A DNA stretch of 63,287 nucleotides, counting the filler, from Aduncisulcus paluster (lineage: Eukaryota): the NCBI GenBank assembly GCA_024181965.1. It is 5 parts of 5 records of this genome, joined end to end, with 100 filler letters (N's around TTAATTAATTAA, not from the genome) between each part and the next. Parts side by side here need not be neighbours in the genome. Positions count along the whole stretch, not along the records: positions 42,797 to 56,783 come from BQXS01010004.1; positions 56,884 to 63,287 come from BQXS01010009.1; 3 more parts are not named here. One strand, written 5' to 3'. The notes under the pieces were generated by a model that was given only the letters and a program-made list of their open reading frames with translations, had not been told where the DNA came from and did no database searches. Both the position numbers and the translations under genes were made by a program. Shown piece by piece: positions 46,937 through 57,371 of this stretch; position 1 is the first letter of the stretch; each line of letters starts with the position of its first letter.

Positions 46937-49599
46937 TCATTCAGGAGGATCTATAATTGGAGTCAAGAAGAATGCCTGAGCCTTGTCAATGGCCTCAACG
47001 GCATCGACACTTTCGTCTTCGTCACTCTCCTCTTCACCACTGCTGTCTTCTTCGTCTTCAAGTTGAGAAGTACAAAAGTGTGAGCTAACTTCTTCACCAA
47101 TAAAATGGGTCCTGGTGGGTTTTGAACCCGAGACCTTCAAACTTCTAAGCTGAGGCAATGTAGCACTTAGTGGAGTTGCCATGGAACCACTATCTTCTTC
47201 TTCTTCACCGTCGATCAACAACGATGGATGGGTCAATGGGGAACTCAAAAACAGTGCAGCTGCAGCTTCTCTTTGAGCCAAAGTTGTTGAAGGCCCTGGT
47301 ATTTTGAGTGGAGCATTCAGGAGTGTTGTTTTATGACCAATTAAACCCATTTTTTTCTTCTTTTCATGAGTTATTGGAGAAGGAGAAGAAATTGGAGAAT
47401 GGAATGGAGAAGAAGAGAACTTGGAAGGCAGACTTGGTGTGGATTGAGATGAAGAGAGTTTATCACTTGGAAGTTTAGGACGTGAAGAAGAGGAAGAGGA
47501 AGAGGAAGAGGAAGAAGAGGAAGAGGAAGAAGAGGAAGAGGAAGAGGAAGAGGAGGAAGAGGAAGAAGAAGAAATGGGTGAAACTATGGTTATTTTATCA
47601 GATAATGAAGGTCCTTCAGGTTGGTCATGATGGTGACCAACNNNNNNNNNNNNNNNNNNNNGAAGAAATTGGAGAATGGAATGGAGAAGAAGAGAACTTG
47701 GAAGGCAGACTTGGTGTGGATCGAGATGAAGAGAGTTTATCACTTGGAAGTTTAGGACGTGAAGAAGAGGAAGAGGAAGAGGAAGAGGAAGAAGAGGAAG
47801 AGGAAGAAGAGGAAGAGGAAGAGGAAGAGGAGGAAGAGGAAGAAGAAGAAATGGGTGAAACTATGGTTATTTTATCAGATAATGAAGGTCCTTCAGGTTG
47901 GTCATGATGGTGACCAACGTCAGTGTGATCCACAGATACATCATTTTTTTCTTCTTTTGTTCCTAAAGAATCTTTGTTATCTTGTGACGTTGAGTGAGCT
48001 CCTGATTGTTTTATAACCGAAGAATGGTCAGAATGGTGATCAGATTGGTGATCAAGCAAATGACTTGATGAACTCACTCCAACCTCATCTTTCAGTTCAG
48101 TTATCTTTTCTTTCCTTATTATACGGGCACTATGGTATTTCCTTCCAATATGATGTTCTGAAGTACCATCAAACTCTAACTCAAGAGAATCTATATCTCT
48201 GTGTCTGTCTCTGACTTTGTCTCCGTCTTTTGCACTTGAACTTGAACTTGCACTGTATGTTCTTGCCGATTTAGAAGCAGCTGTAGATGAATGATGCAAC
48301 GAAAGGGGAGAATCCAAAGAACATCTTACACAAACTCGGGAACATGGTTTGTATGAAGTGTTATAATATGGCAATATTTTAGTTAAATCTTCACTCGTTG
48401 AAGAAGAAGAAGAAGAAGAAGAAGAAGAAGGAAGAGGAAGAGGAAGAACTGTCTCTTTTCTAGAGCTTAATCTTGAGAAAGTAAGGCGAACAGCATACTC
48501 GGGAGGAATAGTTTTATCTTTTTTATCCTTGTGGGCAGTGTCAATTTCAAACTTAGAAAGAATGACAATGGGGTCAACAAAGGCTGTGTTAATCCAGAAA
48601 TGTCCAAGTTTCTTGCTTTTACCACCGAGTTTCTTTTTCTCAAGACTGATCTTAAAATAAACATCACCGCAAAGCATGGATGATATTCCTTTCGGGGTGA
48701 GATCAGCATATCTTGACTTGTCAACGTGCAAAACGTATGTATTTTTGGTCCCTTTACCATATTTAACGACCGGTTCGACTTCAATGGTTGAATAATTTAC
48801 AATAAGAAGCTTCACAGATTTAACATCGGGTGCAAATGGTCCAATCCGGACATTAGAAAGTTTAACGGCGGATAAATCTAGTTTATGAGATTTATATTTA
48901 TGGGAGTCCTTGAGAAACTTCTCGTAATAATGAAGATATCTTTGTTGGCTAGGAATAGTCACTCCTTTGCCATTATGGGTCCTAGCTTTTCCATAAAATA
49001 CAAGAGAACTGACGGAAGAACGAATAAATTGCGAATGTAAAAGGAAAGAACAGATCATTATTCCAGTTCGGCCTTTTCCAGCCTTGCAATGGACGGCCAC
49101 TACATTTCGAGAATCAGAAAGTAAAAACTCCTGTACATCGAGGCAAAATGAACGAATCATCGTGAAAGGTGGTGGATTATGGTCGGGAAAAGGAAAACAA
49201 ACAAATTTTCCATCAAAATACGTGTCTGGGTATTGCCGATTCTCTTCAATACATAAATTATATACCCTGTAAAAACCATCGTGTCTCTTATCTAAGAATT
49301 TTTTTGTATCTTTATACGAATTACGAAACAGAGTTTCCCCTCCAGAAGTTGGGAAACCCATAGCAATAATTCTGGTTGTAATATCTAAAATAACGAATTA
49401 AAACGAAAGAAAACGCATTTAAACAAGAGTTGAAGCAATAAAATTGAAAAATATTCGATGAAATTGATGAAATAAGCAGGTTTTAGACATTTCTTGAAAA
49501 AAATGGAGATGGAAGCAACATACATGAAAGATCTAGGTCAAAGTCCGCATCTACAAATCTTTTTTTCTTCTTTGAAACGGCCCGTTTAATTGAAATCAT
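46937..49599 (-). CDS. PTEN: PTEN phosphoinositide 3-phosphatase; 2 exons (49599-49524, 49384-46937), ~748 aa after removing the gap duplication
   Basis: [73 protein letters not shown], C2 domain FWINTAF; long poly-Ser tail. Confidence 0.95.
47385..47918. other. Scaffold gap (20 N, 47642-47661) with duplicated flanks spanning a GAAGAG poly-Ser microsatellite
   Basis: 47385-47641 is repeated at 47662-47918 with one substitution (GGATTGAG versus GGATCGAG). Confidence 0.93.
49385..49523 (-). other. Spliceosomal intron (139 nt) in PTEN
   Basis: GTATGT...TTATTTTAG; phase 1 within the Tyr codon (T|AT) of DLDLSY. Confidence 0.95.
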
Positions 49600-49808
49600 G
49601 TTATATGTCGAGGAAATTTTACCTTCAGTTTTTTCATGGAAATTTATTTGCCATTACTCAATTTTCATTTCATATTATCATTGAAATTGAGCTTTAATGA
49701 ATTATATGACATTTAATTTCGATATATACCGCTCTAAGTCGAAGCAGGGAAAAGGCATTTTTATTGCTTATTTTCTTTGCGTCAAATTTATATATATGCA
49801 TAAAATTA

Positions 49809-50408
49809 ATGTCATCTCCATATAGTCTTTGTAAGTATCCTTTATCTGGGCTAAAAGAGGATGTATCGTTGCTTGACATTACTCTCGAAGCCACAATTGA
49901 TGTCCAAACTACCACGCTTCCTCATGGAACCATTAACCTTCACGATCAATCATTGGCTACATTTTGGCAATCTAGATCAATGACTCCGCCACATGTAATT
50001 ACTCTTTGCTTGAAACGACCTTATCTTGTAAAGCGAATTGCCATATTCCTAGCTGGAAAGACCGATAAGACATTTTGTCCCAATTTAATCAATATAAAAA
50101 CCGGAATGAGCCTCCAATCAATGCATTTTATGGGAAATATATCTGTTGATTTCCTTGAAGAAGATATTTGGGCTGTTATTGATTCTCATGGTGAAAAATT
50201 GTACGTTACACATATTTATGTTATATTTTTGTTTATTTAGTTGCTAATCCGCCGTTTTTTCTCTAACTTGTTAAAATCTATTTTTTTTAGTGAAACCGAT
50301 TTTTCTCGTGGAATCCCTTGTCAATATATCCAAATTGTAGTATTATCAAATTTAGATGGTGGAAGAGATTGTCGAATTAGACAGCTTCGAGTTTATGGTT
50401 ATAAATAA
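49809..50408 (+). CDS. ANAPC10: APC10/DOC1-like protein; 2 exons (49809-50200, 50291-50408), 169 aa
   Basis: NLHDQSLATFWQSRSMTPPHVI, KTDKTFCPNLINIKTG, then after splicing YIQIVVLSNLDGGRDCRIRQLRVYG; compare the APC10 motifs TYWQSDG-QPH, DESYTP and IQIAVLANHQNGRDTHMRQI. Confidence 0.8.
50201..50290 (+). other. Spliceosomal intron (90 nt) in the APC10-like gene
   Basis: GTACGT donor, CTAAC at 50263-50267, TTTTTTTTAG acceptor; splicing restores the frame (TT|T). Confidence 0.9.
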
Positions 50409-50667
50409 ATAAATTTACTATGGAGTGATTCCTTGTTACTCGTTCATCAGAAACTTGTGAAACGTTAGATCTCAGATATAATTTAAATGAAATAGTAAAT
50501 AAAACATTCATTTTAATCGATTTTGAAGCATGAGAATCCATGATTTAATTGAAAAAACAAAGAAGAAATCAATTCACAGTTTTCTCTGCATATTATAGTA
50601 TAAAAAGATAGGAACATTTTTATTTCCAATATTTGATACATTTTAATTATATTTATTTTCATTACAA

Positions 50668-52596
50668 ATGAATGAGCATAGAGATAGAACAAGGAAACCT
50701 CATCACTCACATCATAGCCATGAGAAACCCTCATATCGAAGAGGAAGACGAAGAGAAGTTCCCAGATATCCCCCGCAAATGATGTATCCAATGATGCCTT
50801 ATAATCCCGGTTATCCGCCTCAAGCCCACCCAACGATGGAATATTATAAAAAACCCTCTCAAAGAATGCCTAAAAAAAGAAGAACCATGATGTATGATGG
50901 ATATATGTACCATTCAGCAGCTCCTGGTGGCTATTTCCCACCGGGTGAACCCGACCTTGATGAATACTATCAAAAAATGCATCGAATTGGTCAGTTTATG
51001 GATCGCCGTGGTCGTGAAAGCCATGCAAAGGAAGATAATTTCACCGATGAACAAAAAGATGAACATGAAAATGATGATAAAGATCAGGAACTTAAGCTTA
51101 TAAGTGATAGAGATGATCAAGAAACTCCCATAACAACGAGACCTTGTGAAGAAGAAGAAGAAGAAGAAGATTTATGTCAACCTGAAGATGTAAAACCCAC
51201 TGCAATCGCTATCACTGATGTCTCAGAACAGTCTGGCTTTGGAGCCATTGTTAGTTCAGAAATCGATGATATAAAGAGAAAAATACCGAGTGCGGATAAG
51301 GCAATTACAAAATCAACTGCTATTGCAGCAAAATCACCAAGATCAGTGTTTGATGGTGAAGAAAATGGTGGTGAGCGTGGTACTTCTCAGATTCTAAAAA
51401 TAGATGATGTTTCTCACCGGAAAGAGGAAGATGATGAAGAAGAAGAGATAAGAAGGGAACAAGAGCGCCAAAGAGGTCGAGAACGAATGAGTGGAGGTGG
51501 AGATGTTGCTGATAGTCAAGATTCTTATCAATCATATGCTTCTCGCTTCAAACAAACACGTCATTCACATCGTCTCCATGCTTCAAGTCAACAAGTTTAT
51601 GGACAATATCCACAATGGATGTATATGCATCCTGGGTATTTTGGTGGAGGTCCATGTGGAATGGGAATGCATTGTTATGGTTCCACACACCCACCAATGT
51701 TCTCTTCATCTCCTTATCATCAGTATACTGGAACAGGAAGAGGAAGAGGAAGAGAGAGAGGAGAGAGAGAGAGAGAGAGAGAGAGTCATAGTGGTGGTCG
51801 TTACAGTGGTCACGGTGTTCACGGTGGATATGGACATTTGAAGAGAGACGGAGCATATCAACATGTCCCAGGCCATGGTATGTTTGTAGATGATCTTTCA
51901 GATACCTCTTCTATGTTATCTGTGAGTGACGATGATGAGAAACATACTCATATGGAGAGAGGAAGAGAGAGAGAAGAGTTTGAAGAGGACTCTATTGATC
52001 ATGATAGGGTGACAAAAAGAGAATTACGGGATATAAAGCGTCTTGATAGAGAACAAAAACGGGCATATTGGAAAGCTAGATGGGACAGAAAGAATAGAGC
52101 AAGGAAAAGGAGTATTTATCATGAAGAAGGAAAGAGATATAAAGACAAAAGGGAACAACATTATGAACATGAATATTATGATCCTTATCATAATACACCA
52201 GGTGTGAAATGTAACGGTGGACCAGTTGAAGATTCTGATGATCCAAAACAACATAGTTCAGCTTGCCCTGGACTGATATCCCATCCTTTTGGCAGATCTG
52301 AGATGGTTACTCCATGTGGAAAATGCAATGGGAAAGGGAAATGTTGCGGAGGTCTTTGGATGGCATTTACTCTGGTCGATGGTGGAGTTGAGATGGTTGA
52401 AGATTTCTTATATGAGTTGATGAAAAGGTTTCGAACATCTGGAATATCTGAAGAAAAAATGGATGTTGTTGCCAAATCGTTGATAAAAGTTATTGATAAA
52501 CTTAAACAGAAAGATGATCATGGAAAACAAGAAGAAGATCGAGAAGATCGAGAAGATCAGGATGATCCGCATATAGCGCATGATGTGGAGGAATAG
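50668..52596 (+). CDS. Hypothetical, largely disordered H/Y/G/R/E-rich protein with a small Cys-containing C-terminal helical domain
   Basis: 642-aa ATG ORF; PCGKCNGKGKCCGG near the C-terminus. Confidence 0.75.
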   Translation: MNEHRDRTRKPHHSHHSHEKPSYRRGRRREVPRYPPQMMYPMMPYNPGYPPQAHPTMEYYKKPSQRMPKKRRTMMYDGYMYHSAAPGGYFPPGEPDLDEYYQKMHRIGQFMDRRGRESHAKEDNFTDEQKDEHENDDKDQELKLISDRDDQETPITTRPCEEEEEEEDLCQPEDVKPTAIAITDVSEQSGFGAIVSSEIDDIKRKIPSADKAITKSTAIAAKSPRSVFDGEENGGERGTSQILKIDDVSHRKEEDDEEEEIRREQERQRGRERMSGGGDVADSQDSYQSYASRFKQTRHSHRLHASSQQVYGQYPQWMYMHPGYFGGGPCGMGMHCYGSTHPPMFSSSPYHQYTGTGRGRGRERGERERERESHSGGRYSGHGVHGGYGHLKRDGAYQHVPGHGMFVDDLSDTSSMLSVSDDDEKHTHMERGREREEFEEDSIDHDRVTKRELRDIKRLDREQKRAYWKARWDRKNRARKRSIYHEEGKRYKDKREQHYEHEYYDPYHNTPGVKCNGGPVEDSDDPKQHSSACPGLISHPFGRSEMVTPCGKCNGKGKCCGGLWMAFTLVDGGVEMVEDFLYELMKRFRTSGISEEKMDVVAKSLIKVIDKLKQKDDHGKQEEDREDREDQDDPHIAHDVEE

Positions 52597-52909
52597 TTTG
52601 AATATAGTTATTTTCTTCGGATCATATTCATTCATTTTCATTTATATCAGAGATAAAAATAAACATTATGTTCTTGGTTTAAGCTTAAGGATAATTTTTT
52701 GCCAGTTCATTATTGGAAAACTATTGAGAAAAATTAAAGAATAAAAAATAATATACCTAAATACTAGATTAAAAATGATCTAACAATTTTCAATGATTTA
52801 CATCATTTCTATTATTTTGAAAATCGAAACCGAATAGAGTTGAATTTGAATTCAATTTCCAACAACAAGGGTAATTTTCACTTTTATTTGTTAATATATT
52901 CGCTAAACA

Positions 52910-54595
52910 ATGTCTTTTGATGCATTAGCTGGAGGATCCCAGAAGAAAAGTTTCTTCAAAGGAGTTCGTGACAAATTGAAAGGATACAGTCCTGCCGAAT
53001 CAATAATTGTCGATTTAACAAACCCAAAGGAAACATGGGGCCCATCCCCTGAAAAAATGCAAGTTCTTGTCGACATGGCTGATCGCAAGAGTTTTGAAGG
53101 CACTGGTGTGCTTCAGTGTTGTTTCGAAAGAATGAGGGATGCTACTGGCAAGAAATGGAAACAATCATATAAGTGTATGATGATAATTGAATACTTATTA
53201 CTCCATGCATCCGAGAGTACTGTGGCCGAAATTAAAAGAGGTAGTTTTCATCTTCGAACCCAACTAGATTTCCGTTATAAAGATGAAGAAGGTCAAGACA
53301 AAGGCCAAAATGTTCGTATTCGTGCTGAGAAGATCCTCAAACTCATTGAAGATCCCGAAACTTTAAAGGCTGATCGTGCTGAGGCAAGGTATATTCGTGA
53401 TAAGGTAAGAGGCAAAGGATTGCTCCTCGGACAGTCTAGAGGTATGGATTTGAGTGGAATGAAAAAGCCTACTTCCCCAGCTCTATGTGATTCTTCTCCT
53501 CGTTCATCTCTTCGTCTTTCTTCACCTTCTGGGGTCAAAAAAACACCACTTCCATCCAATCTTGCCTCAGCTTTTACTGATGATCTATTTGATCAACCAA
53601 TAGGCTCAGATAAAGCCGAGCTTGTTGGCGATGAGGACGAAGACAGTGTGAGTGGAAGCCCGAGAGATGACTTTGAACGCTCACGGTCTGAATCTGGTTC
53701 TCCGATGGGACAAGCAGGATATACCGATCCATTTGCAGCTTTTACACCTGCTGTTCCAACTCAATCTGGTACTATTCTTGATAGTACCCCAAGAAGGGAA
53801 CAAAAAACAGTTATTCACGATGACTTGGATGATTTATTTGGTGATTTCACGGCTGTTTCTGCCGATACCTCTTCTGTACCTACTTCAAAGATGCCAATTG
53901 AAGTCGAAACCGAACCTAGTACAATTATCCAGGCCACCGGAAGTGTCAAAGATACTGCAAATGATTTGATTGATGATGAATTTGGGTTTGCTTTTGAGCC
54001 AAAACCAAGGAAACCTGCCCAACCGGTCTCTAAACCTGTTCCAAAACCAGTTTCCAAGCCTGCCCCTGTTGATGATTTTGATGATCTCTTTGATATTATG
54101 AGTGGTCCAGCAACTGTTTCTCAAAAACCTAAATCGAGCACTCCTCAAAAACAAACTAAAAGCGTTCCTCCAACTCAGACCAAAACATTGTCCCAACCCA
54201 CTACCTCCAAGGCACCTGATAGGGGAGGCTTCGATTCAATATTTGATGCGTTCTCCCCTGAATCACAAATGAAATCTGTTTCTTCTTCTAAACCTAAAAC
54301 CAAACCAAAACCTACTTCTTCGAGCTCTGATTTTATGGATGATATGTTTGGCCCTTCAAAATACTCATCTCCTAAAATATCTCTTGAAGAAGATAAGGAG
54401 CGAAAAACACATCATCATTATTCCAAAAAAGTTCATAAAAAACCATCTTCACAAGCTAAAAAGACTGTTGTTCACGACTCTTTTGATGATTTCTTTACTC
54501 AACCAACTACTTCGAAACCTCAAAGTATTGTACAAACTCCAAAGAAGGTTGATCAGAAGAAAACATTTGATCTTTTTGATGAATTAACTATGTGA
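52910..54595 (+). CDS. ENTH-domain epsin (epsinR/Ent3-like adaptor)
   Basis: YSPAE..LTNPKETWGPS, KKWKQSYKCMMIIEYLLLH, DFRYKDEEGQDKGQNVRIRA, LKADRAEA; disordered tail with repeated DDLF/DDF/FDDFF acidic-Phe motifs. Confidence 0.93.
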   Translation: MSFDALAGGSQKKSFFKGVRDKLKGYSPAESIIVDLTNPKETWGPSPEKMQVLVDMADRKSFEGTGVLQCCFERMRDATGKKWKQSYKCMMIIEYLLLHASESTVAEIKRGSFHLRTQLDFRYKDEEGQDKGQNVRIRAEKILKLIEDPETLKADRAEARYIRDKVRGKGLLLGQSRGMDLSGMKKPTSPALCDSSPRSSLRLSSPSGVKKTPLPSNLASAFTDDLFDQPIGSDKAELVGDEDEDSVSGSPRDDFERSRSESGSPMGQAGYTDPFAAFTPAVPTQSGTILDSTPRREQKTVIHDDLDDLFGDFTAVSADTSSVPTSKMPIEVETEPSTIIQATGSVKDTANDLIDDEFGFAFEPKPRKPAQPVSKPVPKPVSKPAPVDDFDDLFDIMSGPATVSQKPKSSTPQKQTKSVPPTQTKTLSQPTTSKAPDRGGFDSIFDAFSPESQMKSVSSSKPKTKPKPTSSSSDFMDDMFGPSKYSSPKISLEEDKERKTHHHYSKKVHKKPSSQAKKTVVHDSFDDFFTQPTTSKPQSIVQTPKKVDQKKTFDLFDELTM

Positions 54596-55467
54596 TTTTC
54601 AGTTTAATCGATATGTTCTAAAAATAGATACAGTATTGTTCCTCAAAGTCATGTCTATTTTAGGATAAGACAAAGATAAACAGAATAAACACAATGATTG
54701 ATGTCACCTCGAAAACACACCGTTGTTTCTGTGCTCACCAAGAACAAATGAGAAATTAGATGTATGTATTACATACATGTATGTTCTATCTCAACTAGAA
54801 AGGTGAATTATTGAATAATAAATATTCAATACATTGGCAATTTCAATGATAAGTATTATTGTGTCAATTATTAGACTCTGAGTTACTTTTCGAAAATAAC
54901 ATCATTCAGATGACTCATCTTAAGGATTCCTTATGGTCTTTGTATGTTCCAGATATTGGATATTTACAAAATAAACAGGATTGATTTGGGGCTATACCTT
55001 GCATATATTAATATAATGTCGTCCTAAATATAGTTTTCTTCCCCTTTTCACACATTTTGTTGGGCGCATCAGTCTACTTTAAACCTTCAACTAAGAGAAT
55101 TGGGGAGGATATTGATCATTCTTTGAGAATAGAGCATGATAAGTTGGAGAATTATAATTGAAATATTACGTGTCTGTTTTGTTGAACAAGAATAGACTTA
55201 TTGTTCATAATATGTAGTTGAGTCGATAATACAATGATAATATTAGAATTGTCAGGTAGAACGGGATAGATCAAAGTGATTAGTTTCAAGACAAGGGTTT
55301 AGTTTCAGCTGAGCTCCAAGAATGGACCAGGGATTTAAATAATAAATAAATAAATAATGTATTGGAAAATATTGCAACAATGTGTTTTGACACAGCATTC
55401 AATTCTTCGGTTATATTCAATTCAATACCTTTTTTGTCTTAGTCTGGAGCATTTCTGGTTCTGTCAT

Positions 55468-55910
55468 TCGGAAGGAGGAAGGCTTGGCAGCTTGCTCGGG
55501 ACTCATGAACTTGATGACTTCAGTCCCCCATCCTCGTCACGCAATTCATATCTGATCCAAGGATGGTCTTCGAACACAATGAGTTTCTCAACACAGGACA
55601 AATCGAGGTGGCACATCATGTCATCCACACCGAAACAGTACTTCCCACTGTCTGTGGTAATCTCTTCAAAGAAGGATACAATCAATTTCTTCTCTTGCAT
55701 GAACTTCACATCCTTGAGAACATCCTCACTCAGCTGGATGGCCTGGTTGAACCCAGCCTCGCCATTATAAGATATATCAACAGATTGATGACTTTATCGG
55801 CAAGACGACCGTCAAACAGGTCAGACTTACTAAGCACAGACTTGAAATTGGCAGATCCAGACATATGGACATAATTATGACGAGGTTCATCTCAAACGAG
55901 CGAAACGAAT
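55468..55910 (-). pseudogene. Decayed eRF1 (eukaryotic release factor 1) fragment
   Basis: IRFARLR /shift/ RHNYV /deletion/ [25 protein letters not shown] /shift/ [60 protein letters not shown] /shift/ FMSPEQ; no N domain, no GGQ. Confidence 0.9.
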
Positions 55911-56202
55911 ATTTGTTGTTGTTTGTTTCGTTGTGTTGATAAAGACGCCCCGACGACCGAAACAAGAAAAAAGAACTTTGGAATCCAAAGTTCACAAAAT
56001 TATTTTGTTGAGCCAATTACTGAGCCATGGGCAAGGAAAATTTGAATTATAAAGAGTTATCAATTCAAAATTCAATTGAAGAGACGAATTTTTATTACAA
56101 AATCTCAACTTGATTCTAAGTTAAGATCATGGATAAAATGACTATTGGTTGTATTATTTTTCTATTATATGAGAATCATATTATGAATAAACGAAAGAGA
56201 GA

Positions 56203-56783
56203 TTAGTACACGGGTTCCCATTGTTTGGATCTAACCCACTTGGCGAGTTGCTCGTCGTCACCTGCAGCAACAAGACTCTTACAAACGGAGCATCTGGCGA
56301 CACCCTTGCCGACAAGATTCTTGATACCAGAGACGGTGAGACCAACAGTGATGTCTCTAATGTCACTGATCTCAGGGGAACACTCTCCTCTCATAAGTTT
56401 CTCCTCGGGGACAAGGTCAGCGAGTCTGTGAGAAATGGTGGAGAACAAGCTCTGGGGGACCTCAGAGGCCTTGGCGATAGAGGCGGCGAGACCAATAGCA
56501 GGGAAGACGAAGAAGTTGTTACACTGGGTAGTGTTGACAACAACACCATCAGCACGAGTAACTTTAGCCTGAGGGGATCCAGAGGCGTAGATACAACGGT
56601 CCTTGAGGAACTTGTAGCAGTCAGCATTGGTGACCTCAGTCTTGATGGTAGGGTTGGAAAGAGCAAAGACAACAGGTTTCTGGTGAGGACAACCCTCATC
56701 GAGAGCCTTGAGAACCTCAGCATTGAAAGCATTGGCAATGGTAGAAAGACCAATCAAAGCAGTGGGTTTAACGAACTTGACAG
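56203..56783 (-). CDS. NAD(P)-dependent malic enzyme, C-terminal fragment (5' end cut by the contig edge)
   Basis: VKPTALIGLS, PVVFALSNPT..EVT, IYASGSP, QCNNFFVFPAIGL, KQWEPVY*; strong C/T-ending codon bias. Confidence 0.93.
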
Positions 56784-56883
56784 NNNNNNNNNNNNNNNNN
56801 NNNNNNNNNNNNNNNNNNNNNNNNNNNTTAATTAATTAANNNNNNNNNNNNNNNNNNNNNNNNNNNNNNNNNNNNNNNNNNNN
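56784..56883. other. Artificial contig linker N44-TTAATTAATTAA-N44
   Basis: Same linker. Confidence 0.98.
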
Positions 56884-57111
56884 GGCCAGTTCTTCAGGAG
56901 TGGGTTTTGGAGGAGGGTGGCGGATATCATACCACTTTTTCTTATAAAATGTTGAAGGTTTGAGCTCAGTAGATAGAATATCAAGAATGGGTTCTTCTTT
57001 TATCACATCTTCAGCTAGTTCTTGGTCAAATTTTTCAGTATGAATGCTGAAGGCCTCTATGATAAGTTGATCCAGTTTCTTGGGATTCGTTAACAGATAT
57101 GACAGTCCCAT
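56884..57111 (-). CDS. N-terminal fragment of a hypothetical protein, cut by the contig edge; divergent from the BRE1-like gene
   Basis: MGLSYLLTNPKKLDQ...PPPKPTPEELA, open into the linker. Confidence 0.55.
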
Positions 57112-57371
57112 TTTCAAGGTTTAATCACGAAAATAAGAATGATAATTCTGAATGTATTACAGAAGACAATATTTTCCAAATTGTGGTTCTTTGCATTTTC
57201 TGATACGAATTCCACCAATTAATTGTAGTCCTGAAATATACCATGCATTTATATATTAATAATTCATCGAATAAACTTCCAAGTCATCGATATAACACGT
57301 CGTGATTGGCGCTCCCTTCTTTGCTCAATCTCATTTTTTCAAATAATATTGAGCGGCATTTTATTTATAAA

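Noticed and set aside
47482-48016. Plus-strand poly-K/R and poly-E ORFs, and the many other short antisense ORFs in the track
   Set aside because: Shadows of GAAGAG/TCTTCC microsatellites and of real genes on the opposite strand.
34611-54595. Apparent phosphoinositide/trafficking cluster (FYVE, PTEN, ENTH)
   Set aside because: The FYVE gene is on a different contig, and PTEN and epsin are separated by unrelated genes.
55468-55910. RF2-like autoregulatory programmed frameshift in eRF1
   Set aside because: Three shifts, an internal deletion, and no N domain or GGQ indicate decay, not recoding.
56221-56783. Long plus-strand ORF opposite the malic enzyme
   Set aside because: Antisense openness is expected from the strong codon bias of the real gene.
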